A stretch of 64,000 bases of DNA from an uncultured Gammaproteobacteria bacterium. GTDB taxonomy: Bacteria > Patescibacteriota > Microgenomatia > UBA10105 > UBA927. The position numbers and the translations under genes are program-made. The notes under the pieces were generated by a model, which was given only the letters and a program-made list of their open reading frames with translations, did no database searches and was not told where the DNA came from. The stretch spans positions 98,435 to 162,434 of the forward strand of contig CAZGOA010000001.1 in NCBI GenBank assembly GCA_964527425.1, given 5' to 3'. This document shows, piece by piece, positions 31,672-41,438 of this stretch. How positions within the stretch are numbered: position 1 is the stretch's first letter; every line of letters starts with the position of its first letter.

Positions 31672-33510
31672 TTAAAATAAACTTTTTTTTGTAGAATTAA
31701 TAACTTGCCACTTAAGAGGAAAATTATTATATTCTTTTCTAGCTTTATACTTTGAATATACTCCGACAATAAAACTTAAGAGACTGGGTAATGGCTTTTT
31801 TATTAATTCAATAAGCTGTGAAGTATACAAATAAAAAATTGGTAATTCATATTCTTCATTAACCAAATTGCCAAAATTTTTCTTTAATAAATGTTTATTC
31901 ATATTGTTACGAGAATTCCATTGAATATACTCAAATAACGTGCTTGGGAAAATGAAATAACCAACAGCTGCACGAACATGCTTATATGTGAATCCGAACT
32001 TTATACAGGATAGATATAAATAACTATCAACATTACCTAATTCTTCTTTGCTTACTATTCCAGATTTTTTTATAAAATCGTTAGATAATACTAGAATTTT
32101 GCCATCGCAAGTATATTTATTATCACCATTGCGATAGAGATATCTTGCTCGCTCATATGCATTAAATGAAGCAAGACACGCTCTTTGAATAAAATTTTTT
32201 GTACCTAAAGGCTGAGGATTTCCACTTACAAGTCCTACATTTGATTCTGATCTAAAAGGTTTTATAAGTTTGTTTAAAAAATTTTTGTCTTTTATTAGGA
32301 CGTCATCATTGATCAATACAAAAACATCAGACTTATTATTTATAATTAATTGTTTAAAAGCTCCCTGAAAACCTAAGCGTTCTTTACCTTCGATAATTCT
32401 TAATTTATTTTTTTTAATTTTTCTCAAAAATTCAAGCGTTGAGTCAGTACTTTTATCACAATAAACAATAATTGATTTATATTTAAATAAAGTAGTTGAC
32501 TGGTTTATAAGAGAATGGACTAAATTTTCTATATTGTCTTGATTATTATAAGTTGGTATTCCAACAGTTAGAGAGAGCTTTTTAGTACTTTTTCTTTCAA
32601 TACTTACTACAGGTTTTTTGGTGGAACTAGATATATGCCAAATCCCATCATTATTTCTATTTATTCTCTTATAAAACTTTGTGTAAATTAAAATAATTAT
32701 ATAGCTTATTAAATGAATAGGTTTTAAAAAAGAATATTTTACTAACATTTTACCTATTGGGACTAGTGGCATATTATATTCCTTTTCAATATCGTTTCCG
32801 AAAAACTTTTTCATTCCATTAACAGAACTCTTAAATCTACTACTTTGTTTTAGATGATCTAAAAAATTATCTGGAAGTCTGTAATATATTTTCGTCCCAG
32901 TAAAATATTCAACATCCATTTTTTTTCTTTTTGCGAAAAAATAAATGTATGCATCAGTTCCAACAGTATTTGGTATATTTATTTGTTTATATAGATTTTT
33001 TTTCATCACTAGAAGCGCCCCTCTAAACGCGTAAACATTTTTACCTTTTCTAAAATTTCTTATGACGAATTCTTTAATTTCTACACTTGTAGAAAGCATC
33101 TTTTCAAAAAAACTGTTAGGTTTGACTGGCATTGCTTGAACTGATAACAATGAAATACTATTGTTATAGTTCAATTTATCAATAATTTTAAAGAGCGTAT
33201 CCTTCCTAAGAAAACAATCAGCATCAACTAGAATAACAAAGTCAGATTTACTTTTTTTAAATATTTGATTCAGTCTATAATATTTTCCTTTTCTTTCTTT
33301 TCCGTTAATTAAATGAATTTTATTGCTTTTGAATGATTTGATTATGTTAACTGTTTTATCAGTGCATCCATCTGATGCAATAATAATCTTATCAAGTACA
33401 TAATTACCAGTTTTTTGATTTAAAATGGCTGAAATAATATTTCCAATATTGTTCTCTTCGTTATATGCAGGTATGCCAATTGATAATGTAACTCTATTTA
33501 TTTTTTTCAT
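31672..33510 (-). CDS. Tandem GT2-GT2 glycosyltransferase
   Basis: Two GT-A domains (GIPAYNEE..DGCTD..VDAD and GIPTYNNQ..DKSTD..INDD), each ending W....STKK. Confidence 0.9.
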   Translation of the reverse strand: MKKINRVTLSIGIPAYNEENNIGNIISAILNQKTGNYVLDKIIIASDGCTDKTVNIIKSFKSNKIHLINGKERKGKYYRLNQIFKKSKSDFVILVDADCFLRKDTLFKIIDKLNYNNSISLLSVQAMPVKPNSFFEKMLSTSVEIKEFVIRNFRKGKNVYAFRGALLVMKKNLYKQINIPNTVGTDAYIYFFAKRKKMDVEYFTGTKIYYRLPDNFLDHLKQSSRFKSSVNGMKKFFGNDIEKEYNMPLVPIGKMLVKYSFLKPIHLISYIIILIYTKFYKRINRNNDGIWHISSSTKKPVVSIERKSTKKLSLTVGIPTYNNQDNIENLVHSLINQSTTLFKYKSIIVYCDKSTDSTLEFLRKIKKNKLRIIEGKERLGFQGAFKQLIINNKSDVFVLINDDVLIKDKNFLNKLIKPFRSESNVGLVSGNPQPLGTKNFIQRACLASFNAYERARYLYRNGDNKYTCDGKILVLSNDFIKKSGIVSKEELGNVDSYLYLSCIKFGFTYKHVRAAVGYFIFPSTLFEYIQWNSRNNMNKHLLKKNFGNLVNEEYELPIFYLYTSQLIELIKKPLPSLLSFIVGVYSKYKARKEYNNFPLKWQVINSTKKSLF

Positions 33511-34675
33511 ATTTATTCATCCAATTATTTAATGACTCAGCTACACTTCGCCATGTGTGATGTTTTGTGTACTCAATGTTATTTTTCTGAATTACATCCA
33601 TTTCTTTTTTATTCGATGTATTCATTACATACTTAATTTTGTCTGCAAGGGTTTTGCTATCGTTGGTATCTACTAAATATCCATTCACTGCATCTTTCAC
33701 TAAATATTTTAGTGCTGTATTGTTTGCTACAATTACTACTTTTCCTTGACTCATTGCTTCATGTACTACATTGCAAAAACTTTCCCATCGTGCCATATGC
33801 ACCATCATTTCACTGTTGCGAATAAGATAAAATTTATCATCCCCTCTTACTACACCTACGAAGTGAACTCTATTAGTTAATCTTAAAGAGGCAATCATTC
33901 TTTTTAATTTTTCTAAATAATAATAATCACCTATGGGACCGGCTATTACATAATGAATATGTTGAGGAAGTGCTGCTAAAGCTTTTATTGTTGTTTCGTA
34001 ATTTTTAATGGTATAAATTCTTCCAATTTGGATGATATATGGTTTCCAGGAAGCAACATCTTTTATTAACTTATTGTTTACGATACTATCTTTTTCAATA
34101 TATCCTTCATCTTCTATACCATTAGGAATAGTTATAACGTTAGATTTACGTACACCATGTTTAATAATTTCATGTCTTTCCCATTCAGAAACTGCTCTCA
34201 CACTATTTACTGTTGAATTAATCAATACTGTGCCAACTGTATAGTGGTATATCTTCTTAAACAACTTGGTTATTGGTGAAAAAATTTCCCAGTCTGGAGT
34301 AAATCCACCATGAGGAATTAGAATCAGTTTGGGTGTGGGTAAATGAAATAATCTTCTTATTCCAACATATGCCATAAGAAATGCATGAGGAACAATATTA
34401 AAATTATGAAGTGCAACAATATCAGCACCACCCCAGGAAATACTTGGCCAAAAACCATACCACTTCCACAAATAGCGTTTAATTGAAAGGTTTCTTAATT
34501 GTTCTTTTCTTTTTAGAATATTTATCTCAGTTAAAGTATTTGTTGATGTATGTATTACAACATTCCAATTTTTTTCTGCTAATACACTATATGTTTCTAA
34601 CATATTTGTTTCTATGCCTGCTGCCACAGGATAAAAATATTTAACTATAGCATGTACTGTTTTTTTGCTACGCAT
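33494..34675 (-). CDS. GT4 family glycosyltransferase
   Basis: YFYP..GIE, PHG, VSEWE, IPNGI, IGRI..KN, ESFCNVVHEAM. Confidence 0.9.
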   Translation of the reverse strand: MRSKKTVHAIVKYFYPVAAGIETNMLETYSVLAEKNWNVVIHTSTNTLTEINILKRKEQLRNLSIKRYLWKWYGFWPSISWGGADIVALHNFNIVPHAFLMAYVGIRRLFHLPTPKLILIPHGGFTPDWEIFSPITKLFKKIYHYTVGTVLINSTVNSVRAVSEWERHEIIKHGVRKSNVITIPNGIEDEGYIEKDSIVNNKLIKDVASWKPYIIQIGRIYTIKNYETTIKALAALPQHIHYVIAGPIGDYYYLEKLKRMIASLRLTNRVHFVGVVRGDDKFYLIRNSEMMVHMARWESFCNVVHEAMSQGKVVIVANNTALKYLVKDAVNGYLVDTNDSKTLADKIKYVMNTSNKKEMDVIQKNNIEYTKHHTWRSVAESLNNWMNKYEKNK

Positions 34676-35468
34676 ATATTTCTCCTACAATTTTCTTGAT
34701 TGTCCCTCTTACGGCTGTAACTGTTGGAGATGCAAGAACTTTGAATTCTTTAAGTGTGTGACTTCCATCTACACCAATTCTTGGGATTGCAAATTTATTT
34801 GTGTTATTCGTGATGGAGCCATCATCCATAGAAAAAGCTACTTTATATCCTGATTTCGCAACTAACTCAAGAATCTGGTTGTTATACATACCCTTTGGAT
34901 AACAGAAAGCACTGACAGGTTTCCCAATGATTTTTTCAAGTTGTACTTTTGCGCCAATAATTTCTTTATTTAATGATTCTTTATTGCACTGTGTTAATAC
35001 TGGATGTGTTGCTGAATGACAGCCTATATCCCATAGTTCTCCTAATGCTTTTAACTTTTGAGGTGACAGCAAGGTAAGGTTTGTATTTAATACTGATCTA
35101 TTTGCGTTATTAGGATCTGATAATACAAATACCAATGGTTTAATACCTAATTTATTAAGTAAAGGTTTTGTAGAATATATATTTTCATATCCATCATCAA
35201 ACGTAATAAGAAAAGATTTTTCTTTTAATTCTTTTTTCCCAGTAACATATTCATATATATCTTTATATGAAATAGGATTACCCCAATGTACTAATACTTT
35301 CATCTGTTGCTCAAATGATTTTAAAGAAACTGAATAGCGCCAGTTGTCATTAGAAATACTGTGATAACACAAAACAGCAATTCTTGCTTGTCTATTTAAC
35401 ACTGAATCAATAAATGATGCTCCCTGATACACTGTATTACGAATAATATCTATTGGTTTTGCGTTCAT
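34668..35468 (-). CDS. Polysaccharide deacetylase (CE4, IcaB-like)
   Basis: LCYHSI, ITFDDGY, HSATHP, FCYPKG, IPRI; no obvious signal peptide. Confidence 0.92.
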   Translation of the reverse strand: MNAKPIDIIRNTVYQGASFIDSVLNRQARIAVLCYHSISNDNWRYSVSLKSFEQQMKVLVHWGNPISYKDIYEYVTGKKELKEKSFLITFDDGYENIYSTKPLLNKLGIKPLVFVLSDPNNANRSVLNTNLTLLSPQKLKALGELWDIGCHSATHPVLTQCNKESLNKEIIGAKVQLEKIIGKPVSAFCYPKGMYNNQILELVAKSGYKVAFSMDDGSITNNTNKFAIPRIGVDGSHTLKEFKVLASPTVTAVRGTIKKIVGEIYA

Positions 35469-36367
35469 ATGTTTTTAGTGCTGACAGCACTCCAAGTATC
35501 TACCTGTTTTTTTATATTCACGGTTACTATCCGAAGCCATGAAAAAATAAATATATACAAGAATGTTTCTAGAGGATGTGTAATTATCAGCATACCTGCT
35601 CTAAAGGCAGCTTTAATTACCGTAATTATTGAAATATTGAATTCTTTGTTAACTAAATCAGAATCAAACACAGTAGTCATTAATTGCTTTGCTTCTGCAT
35701 ATCGAATACTTTGTTTTGTATGATCACTCATAGTACTAGGTAAACGATAAATTACTGACGCATCTACTACATACGAAAAACGCATTCTCCTTGAAATACA
35801 TGAAAAATATGAATACATATCTTCACCTTCATTCATTTCAAATCTAAATTGTGAATACAGTTTTTTTGAAAAGGCTCTGATAGGTCCGTGACAGTGATAC
35901 ACATTACTTCCCTCATTATGAGTTGCAAAAAGAATTGCTTTTAATTTCATGCTCACACTTAAAATATTTTCTAATACTGTTCTTGGTTGCGACTCAAGAA
36001 TTGCACCAGAAGTAAGATCTGCTTGGCGTTTCTTTACAGGTAAAACAATTTTTTCTATCGTTTTTTTGTCAATAATACGAACATCTCCATCAAGTAACAC
36101 GAGTGCATCTGTTGAACTCATTGAAAACAATTCATTTTGTCTAATAGCTTTTCCTAATCTTATTGATCGTTCAACTATATGTATTCTTGGATCTTTAACT
36201 GCTTTTGCTTCTTTTACTGTATTATCTGTACTCCCGTCAGAAATTATTAAAATAGATCTTATGTCTACTGAATCTAATTCTTGATTAAGGATATCTTGTA
36301 TAAGAAGTCTAATAGACTTAGCTTCATTGTAGGCAGGTATTCCAATCGTAACAGTAAATTTTCTCAT
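35465..36367 (-). CDS. GT2 family glycosyltransferase
   Basis: GIPAYNE, SDGSTD, LDGD, ED, YRLP..DH.KQSIR. Start moved to ATG 36367 (ATGA overlap). Confidence 0.9.
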   Translation of the reverse strand: MRKFTVTIGIPAYNEAKSIRLLIQDILNQELDSVDIRSILIISDGSTDNTVKEAKAVKDPRIHIVERSIRLGKAIRQNELFSMSSTDALVLLDGDVRIIDKKTIEKIVLPVKKRQADLTSGAILESQPRTVLENILSVSMKLKAILFATHNEGSNVYHCHGPIRAFSKKLYSQFRFEMNEGEDMYSYFSCISRRMRFSYVVDASVIYRLPSTMSDHTKQSIRYAEAKQLMTTVFDSDLVNKEFNISIITVIKAAFRAGMLIITHPLETFLYIFIFSWLRIVTVNIKKQVDTWSAVSTKNI

Positions 36368-37068
36368 ACTTTTTTTATTGCCTTTACACAAGTAACACAG
36401 GGAAAATTTGGATCATTAAAATCTAATTCTTCTTTCGTAAGTTCTTCTTGACTCATTCCTACCCAAAAACATTGTCCGCTATATACATTCCCAAAAGTCT
36501 GAATAGTAACATTTTCATTCTTAAATATTTTTTCGAATAATATTTTTGCACCACCTGGCATAATTCTCCAGTTACCAGAGTTTCCTTCAAAAATAGGAGC
36601 AAAGCAGGCGTTCGTTACTAACGCTACTCCACCGGGTTTTAATATTCTATGAATTTCTTTTACGGCTGCAGGTAAATCATTAATTAGACCCAATACATGA
36701 GTTAAAATAATTGTGTCAAATGTATTATCTTTAATATCTACTAAACTTTGTAAATCGCCGTATATCGTAGCTTTTTTATTATCACGATTAATGTCAAGAA
36801 TTTCTCTTTTTGTTACGTGTTCATTACCGAACTGTTTGGTGTATCGATCGTCTCCAATTTCAAGACAAACACCTTTAATAACATTTTTGTGTTTTCGTAT
36901 GAATGACTCAATCCAATATCGATCAATAGGAGTCCCTCTATCGTATCCAAATTTTGTACTTAAAGGTTTTAATTTTTTGGTAACTAAGGGGTATTTATTA
37001 GCTGGATTGATTCTTAATAAAATAACTGCGCGAATGTTAGAAAGTAATATTAATAACTTGTCTTTCAT
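36364..37068 (-). CDS. Class I SAM-dependent methyltransferase (polysaccharide-locus type)
   Basis: FGYDRGTPIDRY, LEIG, FDTIILT, RILKPGG. Confidence 0.88.
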   Translation of the reverse strand: MKDKLLILLSNIRAVILLRINPANKYPLVTKKLKPLSTKFGYDRGTPIDRYWIESFIRKHKNVIKGVCLEIGDDRYTKQFGNEHVTKREILDINRDNKKATIYGDLQSLVDIKDNTFDTIILTHVLGLINDLPAAVKEIHRILKPGGVALVTNACFAPIFEGNSGNWRIMPGGAKILFEKIFKNENVTIQTFGNVYSGQCFWVGMSQEELTKEELDFNDPNFPCVTCVKAIKKV

Positions 37069-38936
37069 AATGAAACTCCTTTTGTGCTAAAGGATTGAAA
37101 GGCACCTAATTGTGATCCAATATCTAATACTGACTGATATCTCAATCTACTTTTGGGATGTGAATTAGTCATCAAATTTTGTAGTGAACAGTTAATCATA
37201 AGACTGGCAATTGGTAGTTGTAAGTTTCTTTTATAACTCTTGGCTAATAATGATTTGAGCAACATTGAAGCCACAGTCAGATTTGTTTTTCGGCTTGATA
37301 TTGATGCAATTACATCATAGTGAGGATAGGTTATTCTCATTTGTTCACAATCAATAATGCCAATATATCCTTTTCCTAAAAATATATTTTCACCATGTAA
37401 ATCCCCATGGGTAAGTACATATTCTTTTTCATTGAGCAATGAAGGAACACCACGCAGCAACAATCCAATTACCCGAATAAACAAAAAGATTTTCTTAGGA
37501 CTCTTTTTGATTAAAACAACTATTACCAATGGCAAGAACAAAAGAAAATGTTTTAGCGTTCTTTGTCCAATAATATATTTTTCTTCCTGTGTTAGATGGT
37601 TGGTTAATTCCTGTAGAAAATCAATTACAGTCTTTACACTTGTTAACTGTGCTTTGGGACTACTAAATGATAGTGTTTCTCTGCCTTCAATATATGAACG
37701 CATTAAGATAAGTCTATTTTGTTGTTCATTATAAGAAATAAATGACGGCAACAATACTTTGCTATTTTTTAATGAACTTGTAACACGTCTAATAGCTTTT
37801 GTTAACACTTGATATACAGCAATTTCATGTCGCAAATTAATATAAGAGAGTGTTTTTCGTTTGCCTTCCCATAGTTTAACAATAACTCGTTCATGTTTTT
37901 TATTCTGGTATACACCTACTGATATATTTGTTTGTTTGTTTGATGAAAGTACATCAACTAGTGCATAACCAGATATTCGTTTTGGTAATCTTGATAGGTG
38001 TTCTTGATTAATTCCGAAGATGACTTCCCTTAGCGCAATACAAATTTTTTTCATAATAGATACCTGCGGTATATACTTGTATTCAGTCGGAATTTTATCT
38101 ATCTCCAATAAAAACTTTATAACACTCTTTCTCATTCTGATTTTTAGATTTCTATCGGTTAAAAAAAGTGTTGCAATAAATATTCCTAAAGAAATATGAT
38201 AATTCGATAGAGTTTTATATTTTAATAAAACCTTTCTCATTTTTGCGTCATCCCATCGGTTAATTAAGAGCATAAGGAAATCCCAATCTTTTACAGTAAA
38301 AGCGGCATATGGCCAATCAACAATTACTTCTTTTTTTCCATGCTTTAGTATGTTTTTGAGGTGTATATCTCTGTGGGCAAAGTATGAAGCTTGTTCTTGA
38401 AATAATTGAATTGCACCATTAATAAATATCTTTAAACTGTGAAAGTAAAGAAAAAATAATTCTGGAAAAGCTATAAGTGCTTTGATTAAGATATATGGAT
38501 AACTCAATACTAATAACCAACCTGGCCTTGAAGGTATTACAGAATTTTTTTTATTTTCTAACTTTTTTGTTAAAGAAGAAATATTTGTAAGCATTCGTAA
38601 TACAGTAGTTATTTTAGTTTTTTGTGAAAAATGAATAAGTTCTTTTGAAGATATATATGGAAACAAAACGATAAATCTCCATTTTTGTTTAACCACACCT
38701 ACAACAGGTAACACAAAGGAGAATTTGTGTTTTTCTAGCAGCTGTAAAATTGCAACCTCTCGTTCTAGCAGTAATCTTTTTTTAGATCGCTGACTTCCAG
38801 AATACCCTTTAGCAAAAAATTTTTTACCATGTTTATCTTTATAAATTGCATAGACATATGCTGTTTGATTTATATATGAAAACCGATTCACAAAATAAGA
38901 ATTATCAATTTTTTCAGGGAATATTGGATCAGTCAT
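37065..38936 (-). CDS. Tandem two-domain APH/choline-kinase-like phosphotransferase
   Basis: Domain 1: FAK..E, HRDIHLKN, IVDW. Domain 2: IVK..E, HGDLHGEN, IIDCE. Confidence 0.8.
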   Translation of the reverse strand: MTDPIFPEKIDNSYFVNRFSYINQTAYVYAIYKDKHGKKFFAKGYSGSQRSKKRLLLEREVAILQLLEKHKFSFVLPVVGVVKQKWRFIVLFPYISSKELIHFSQKTKITTVLRMLTNISSLTKKLENKKNSVIPSRPGWLLVLSYPYILIKALIAFPELFFLYFHSLKIFINGAIQLFQEQASYFAHRDIHLKNILKHGKKEVIVDWPYAAFTVKDWDFLMLLINRWDDAKMRKVLLKYKTLSNYHISLGIFIATLFLTDRNLKIRMRKSVIKFLLEIDKIPTEYKYIPQVSIMKKICIALREVIFGINQEHLSRLPKRISGYALVDVLSSNKQTNISVGVYQNKKHERVIVKLWEGKRKTLSYINLRHEIAVYQVLTKAIRRVTSSLKNSKVLLPSFISYNEQQNRLILMRSYIEGRETLSFSSPKAQLTSVKTVIDFLQELTNHLTQEEKYIIGQRTLKHFLLFLPLVIVVLIKKSPKKIFLFIRVIGLLLRGVPSLLNEKEYVLTHGDLHGENIFLGKGYIGIIDCEQMRITYPHYDVIASISSRKTNLTVASMLLKSLLAKSYKRNLQLPIASLMINCSLQNLMTNSHPKSRLRYQSVLDIGSQLGAFQSFSTKGVSL

Positions 38937-41433
38937 TCCATCCTCCTTGAATTACCATTGATCTCTTTCTCTTTTTTTCTAAAGCTAGTTCGTATGTTGT
39001 TCTCATAACATTTATTAACGTATCTACACGTTCATTCCAGTCAAAAGTTGAAGCCCATTGTTTTGCTTCTTTAGACATACGATTGCGCTCTTTCGAATTT
39101 CGAATGAGTTTCATTATTGCTCTGGCAAAAGCATTTACATTTCCAGAAGATACAAGCATTCCTGTTTTACCTTGCACAATTGAATCTTTTAACCCGTTTA
39201 CATTACTGCCAATGACCGGTGTACCAAATGAATTTGCTTCAATTACGGTTATTCCCCACCCTTCTATTGAAGATGGATGGACAGCAACCCAAGCTGAAGA
39301 AAACAATTCTGATTTTTTGTCTTCTGGGATATGACCTAAAAACTCAACATATTCCTGAATGTTTAATTTTTTTGCAAGTTGTTTTAGATGTCTGCCATAT
39401 TCTCCGTGTCCTGCTATTACTAGCCGTGAAGTGGGAATTAATGGATGAACCTTGGCAAATGCTTTTATAATCACATCTACTCTTTTATATGCTTTTAATC
39501 TTCCAAAATAGAGAATGCTTGGAAATTGAGACTTTTCAGAAATTAGTTGTTCTGAAGGGTTTATGATCCCTGGCTCAATAACAGTTACTCTTTTAGATTC
39601 AGCAAATTTATGCTTCACAATTTCTTTTTTTGATGACTGAGAAACAGTTACTAATAAAGAATCTTTATAGATCCAGGGCATTAGCTTCTTCTCAAGAAAC
39701 ATTGCAACATATGAAAAAGGAAACCATAAATGTTTTTGAAATACGTCTTGATGAACATGATGCACAACTAATACAACAGGAATTCTTGCATAAATGGGAG
39801 AAAAGAAAGGAATCCCATTTTCACAGTCAATAATCATGTCAAATTGACCTCGAAAAGCAAATAAATAATATATAGATGCCCATATATATACGGTATAAAA
39901 ACCACCTCTTCGAACCATTTGCACCCCATCAATTACTTGATTACGTACTGATCGTTGATCATTTCCACAAAACATCGTTACTTTATATCCTCGATCTACT
40001 AACCGTTTTGCAATTTCATGCAAATAAACTTCTGACCCTCCTGCCCACACATGTTTTGTATCTCTCCAGTTTAAAATTAATACTGATGGTTTAGTCTTTT
40101 CTTCTCTAGTTAAGGGGGTTAAAAAGCCCTCAACAGCATCTCGTAAGTTTCGTAATACAGTATCTCCAAATTGTTTATATTTATGTGTAAATATAATTCC
40201 TAATAGATAAAGAATTGCGGTTATTGAAACAACTAAGACAACATCACCCATAGTATTATGTCTAAAACTAATACCAATAAGCATTAGCATTGAAAACAAA
40301 AATCCAACTATAGAAAATAAATGCTGATCTTTTGACTGATAATACGCAACTATCCCGCTAGCAAGTGCAAGACATCCCATCGCAAATGTATACAGACTTG
40401 TATAGGGAGCTACGATCGATAGCAAACCTTCTTTATCCATAAAAAAGAGTGTTGTTTGACTAAATACTCCAAATGTAATCCAGCCAAAGATATTAATTAC
40501 AAATGTAATAATCATTATTGGGAAAATAATGTCTTTATCGTTTCTTCCTTCGCCTTTTCTTTTACTAATTAATGGATTTAAAAATTGAGTAAATAACACC
40601 CCGAGAAAATAAACAATTTTACCTATAAACGACAAGAAAACGTATTGACCTGCTTGTTCAGGAGACAAAAAATGTTTTGCTAATAACACATCGAGGTTTA
40701 AAAAAATAACAGAAGAAAATTTACTTAATAACGAACTAGCTATAAATGTTTTTGACAATGCAGCCTTATTAGATACTTTATTTTTCTTGATTTTTCTTGA
40801 AATACCGAGTGCGATGTACCAACAAAAAAGAAATGAAGTAATTGATGATATTGGAATTGCTATATAAAACCATGCAGATAAACGCATTTCTATAAGGATT
40901 ACCGTAAGCAGTAACTTAACTAGTACTTCTACAATTAATGAAATTGCAATTGCTCTAAATGCTAATACTCCTGATAAGAATCCAGAATCAACTGCAGCAG
41001 TAATACCTATGAGCCATAAAGGTGTTAACAGAATAAAGGGTAATAACCTATCTGTTTGAAAAAATGCTGCTAAAAAAGGTATAGATACTAGCCATACTAT
41101 ACTTATTGCAATCGCTGGAGTAATACTTTTTCTTCGTAATTGTCTCCAAAAATCTACTGGAGGAAACCCATGTTTGCCTAATTGATATGCAGTTGCATGA
41201 ACAATTGATCGTGAATAGGCTGATAATGGAATTTGAGCGATATTTAACAAACTACCTATTAATCCAATTACTCCAAATTCTGCTACTGAAATAACATCTG
41301 ATCGAACAAGGTAAACGCTATATAGCAAATTACAGATGTTTGCAAACATTGAAGCAAAAACAAGAAATATGCCGCTTTTCCAACTTTTTGAAGATTTTAT
41401 ATTTAGAATTAATGATTGAAGTAATACGATCAT
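38929..41433 (-). CDS. Wzx/MOP flippase-like domain fused to GT4 glycosyltransferase
   Basis: About 12 TM N-terminal half (LNLDVLLAKHFL..AGQY); C-terminal GT4 (NWRD..AGGSE, GRL..KR, EGWGITVIEA). Start moved to ATG 41433 after an AGGTGG SD. Confidence 0.88.
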   Translation of the reverse strand: MIVLLQSLILNIKSSKSWKSGIFLVFASMFANICNLLYSVYLVRSDVISVAEFGVIGLIGSLLNIAQIPLSAYSRSIVHATAYQLGKHGFPPVDFWRQLRRKSITPAIAISIVWLVSIPFLAAFFQTDRLLPFILLTPLWLIGITAAVDSGFLSGVLAFRAIAISLIVEVLVKLLLTVILIEMRLSAWFYIAIPISSITSFLFCWYIALGISRKIKKNKVSNKAALSKTFIASSLLSKFSSVIFLNLDVLLAKHFLSPEQAGQYVFLSFIGKIVYFLGVLFTQFLNPLISKRKGEGRNDKDIIFPIMIITFVINIFGWITFGVFSQTTLFFMDKEGLLSIVAPYTSLYTFAMGCLALASGIVAYYQSKDQHLFSIVGFLFSMLMLIGISFRHNTMGDVVLVVSITAILYLLGIIFTHKYKQFGDTVLRNLRDAVEGFLTPLTREEKTKPSVLILNWRDTKHVWAGGSEVYLHEIAKRLVDRGYKVTMFCGNDQRSVRNQVIDGVQMVRRGGFYTVYIWASIYYLFAFRGQFDMIIDCENGIPFFSPIYARIPVVLVVHHVHQDVFQKHLWFPFSYVAMFLEKKLMPWIYKDSLLVTVSQSSKKEIVKHKFAESKRVTVIEPGIINPSEQLISEKSQFPSILYFGRLKAYKRVDVIIKAFAKVHPLIPTSRLVIAGHGEYGRHLKQLAKKLNIQEYVEFLGHIPEDKKSELFSSAWVAVHPSSIEGWGITVIEANSFGTPVIGSNVNGLKDSIVQGKTGMLVSSGNVNAFARAIMKLIRNSKERNRMSKEAKQWASTFDWNERVDTLINVMRTTYELALEKKRKRSMVIQGGWND

Positions 41434-41438
41434 ACCAC

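Noticed and set aside
37065-38936. Tandem kinase as an antibiotic-resistance or anti-phage gene
   Set aside because: It overlaps glycan genes on both sides and has no defence or mobile-element context; a glycan role is more parsimonious, though unproven.
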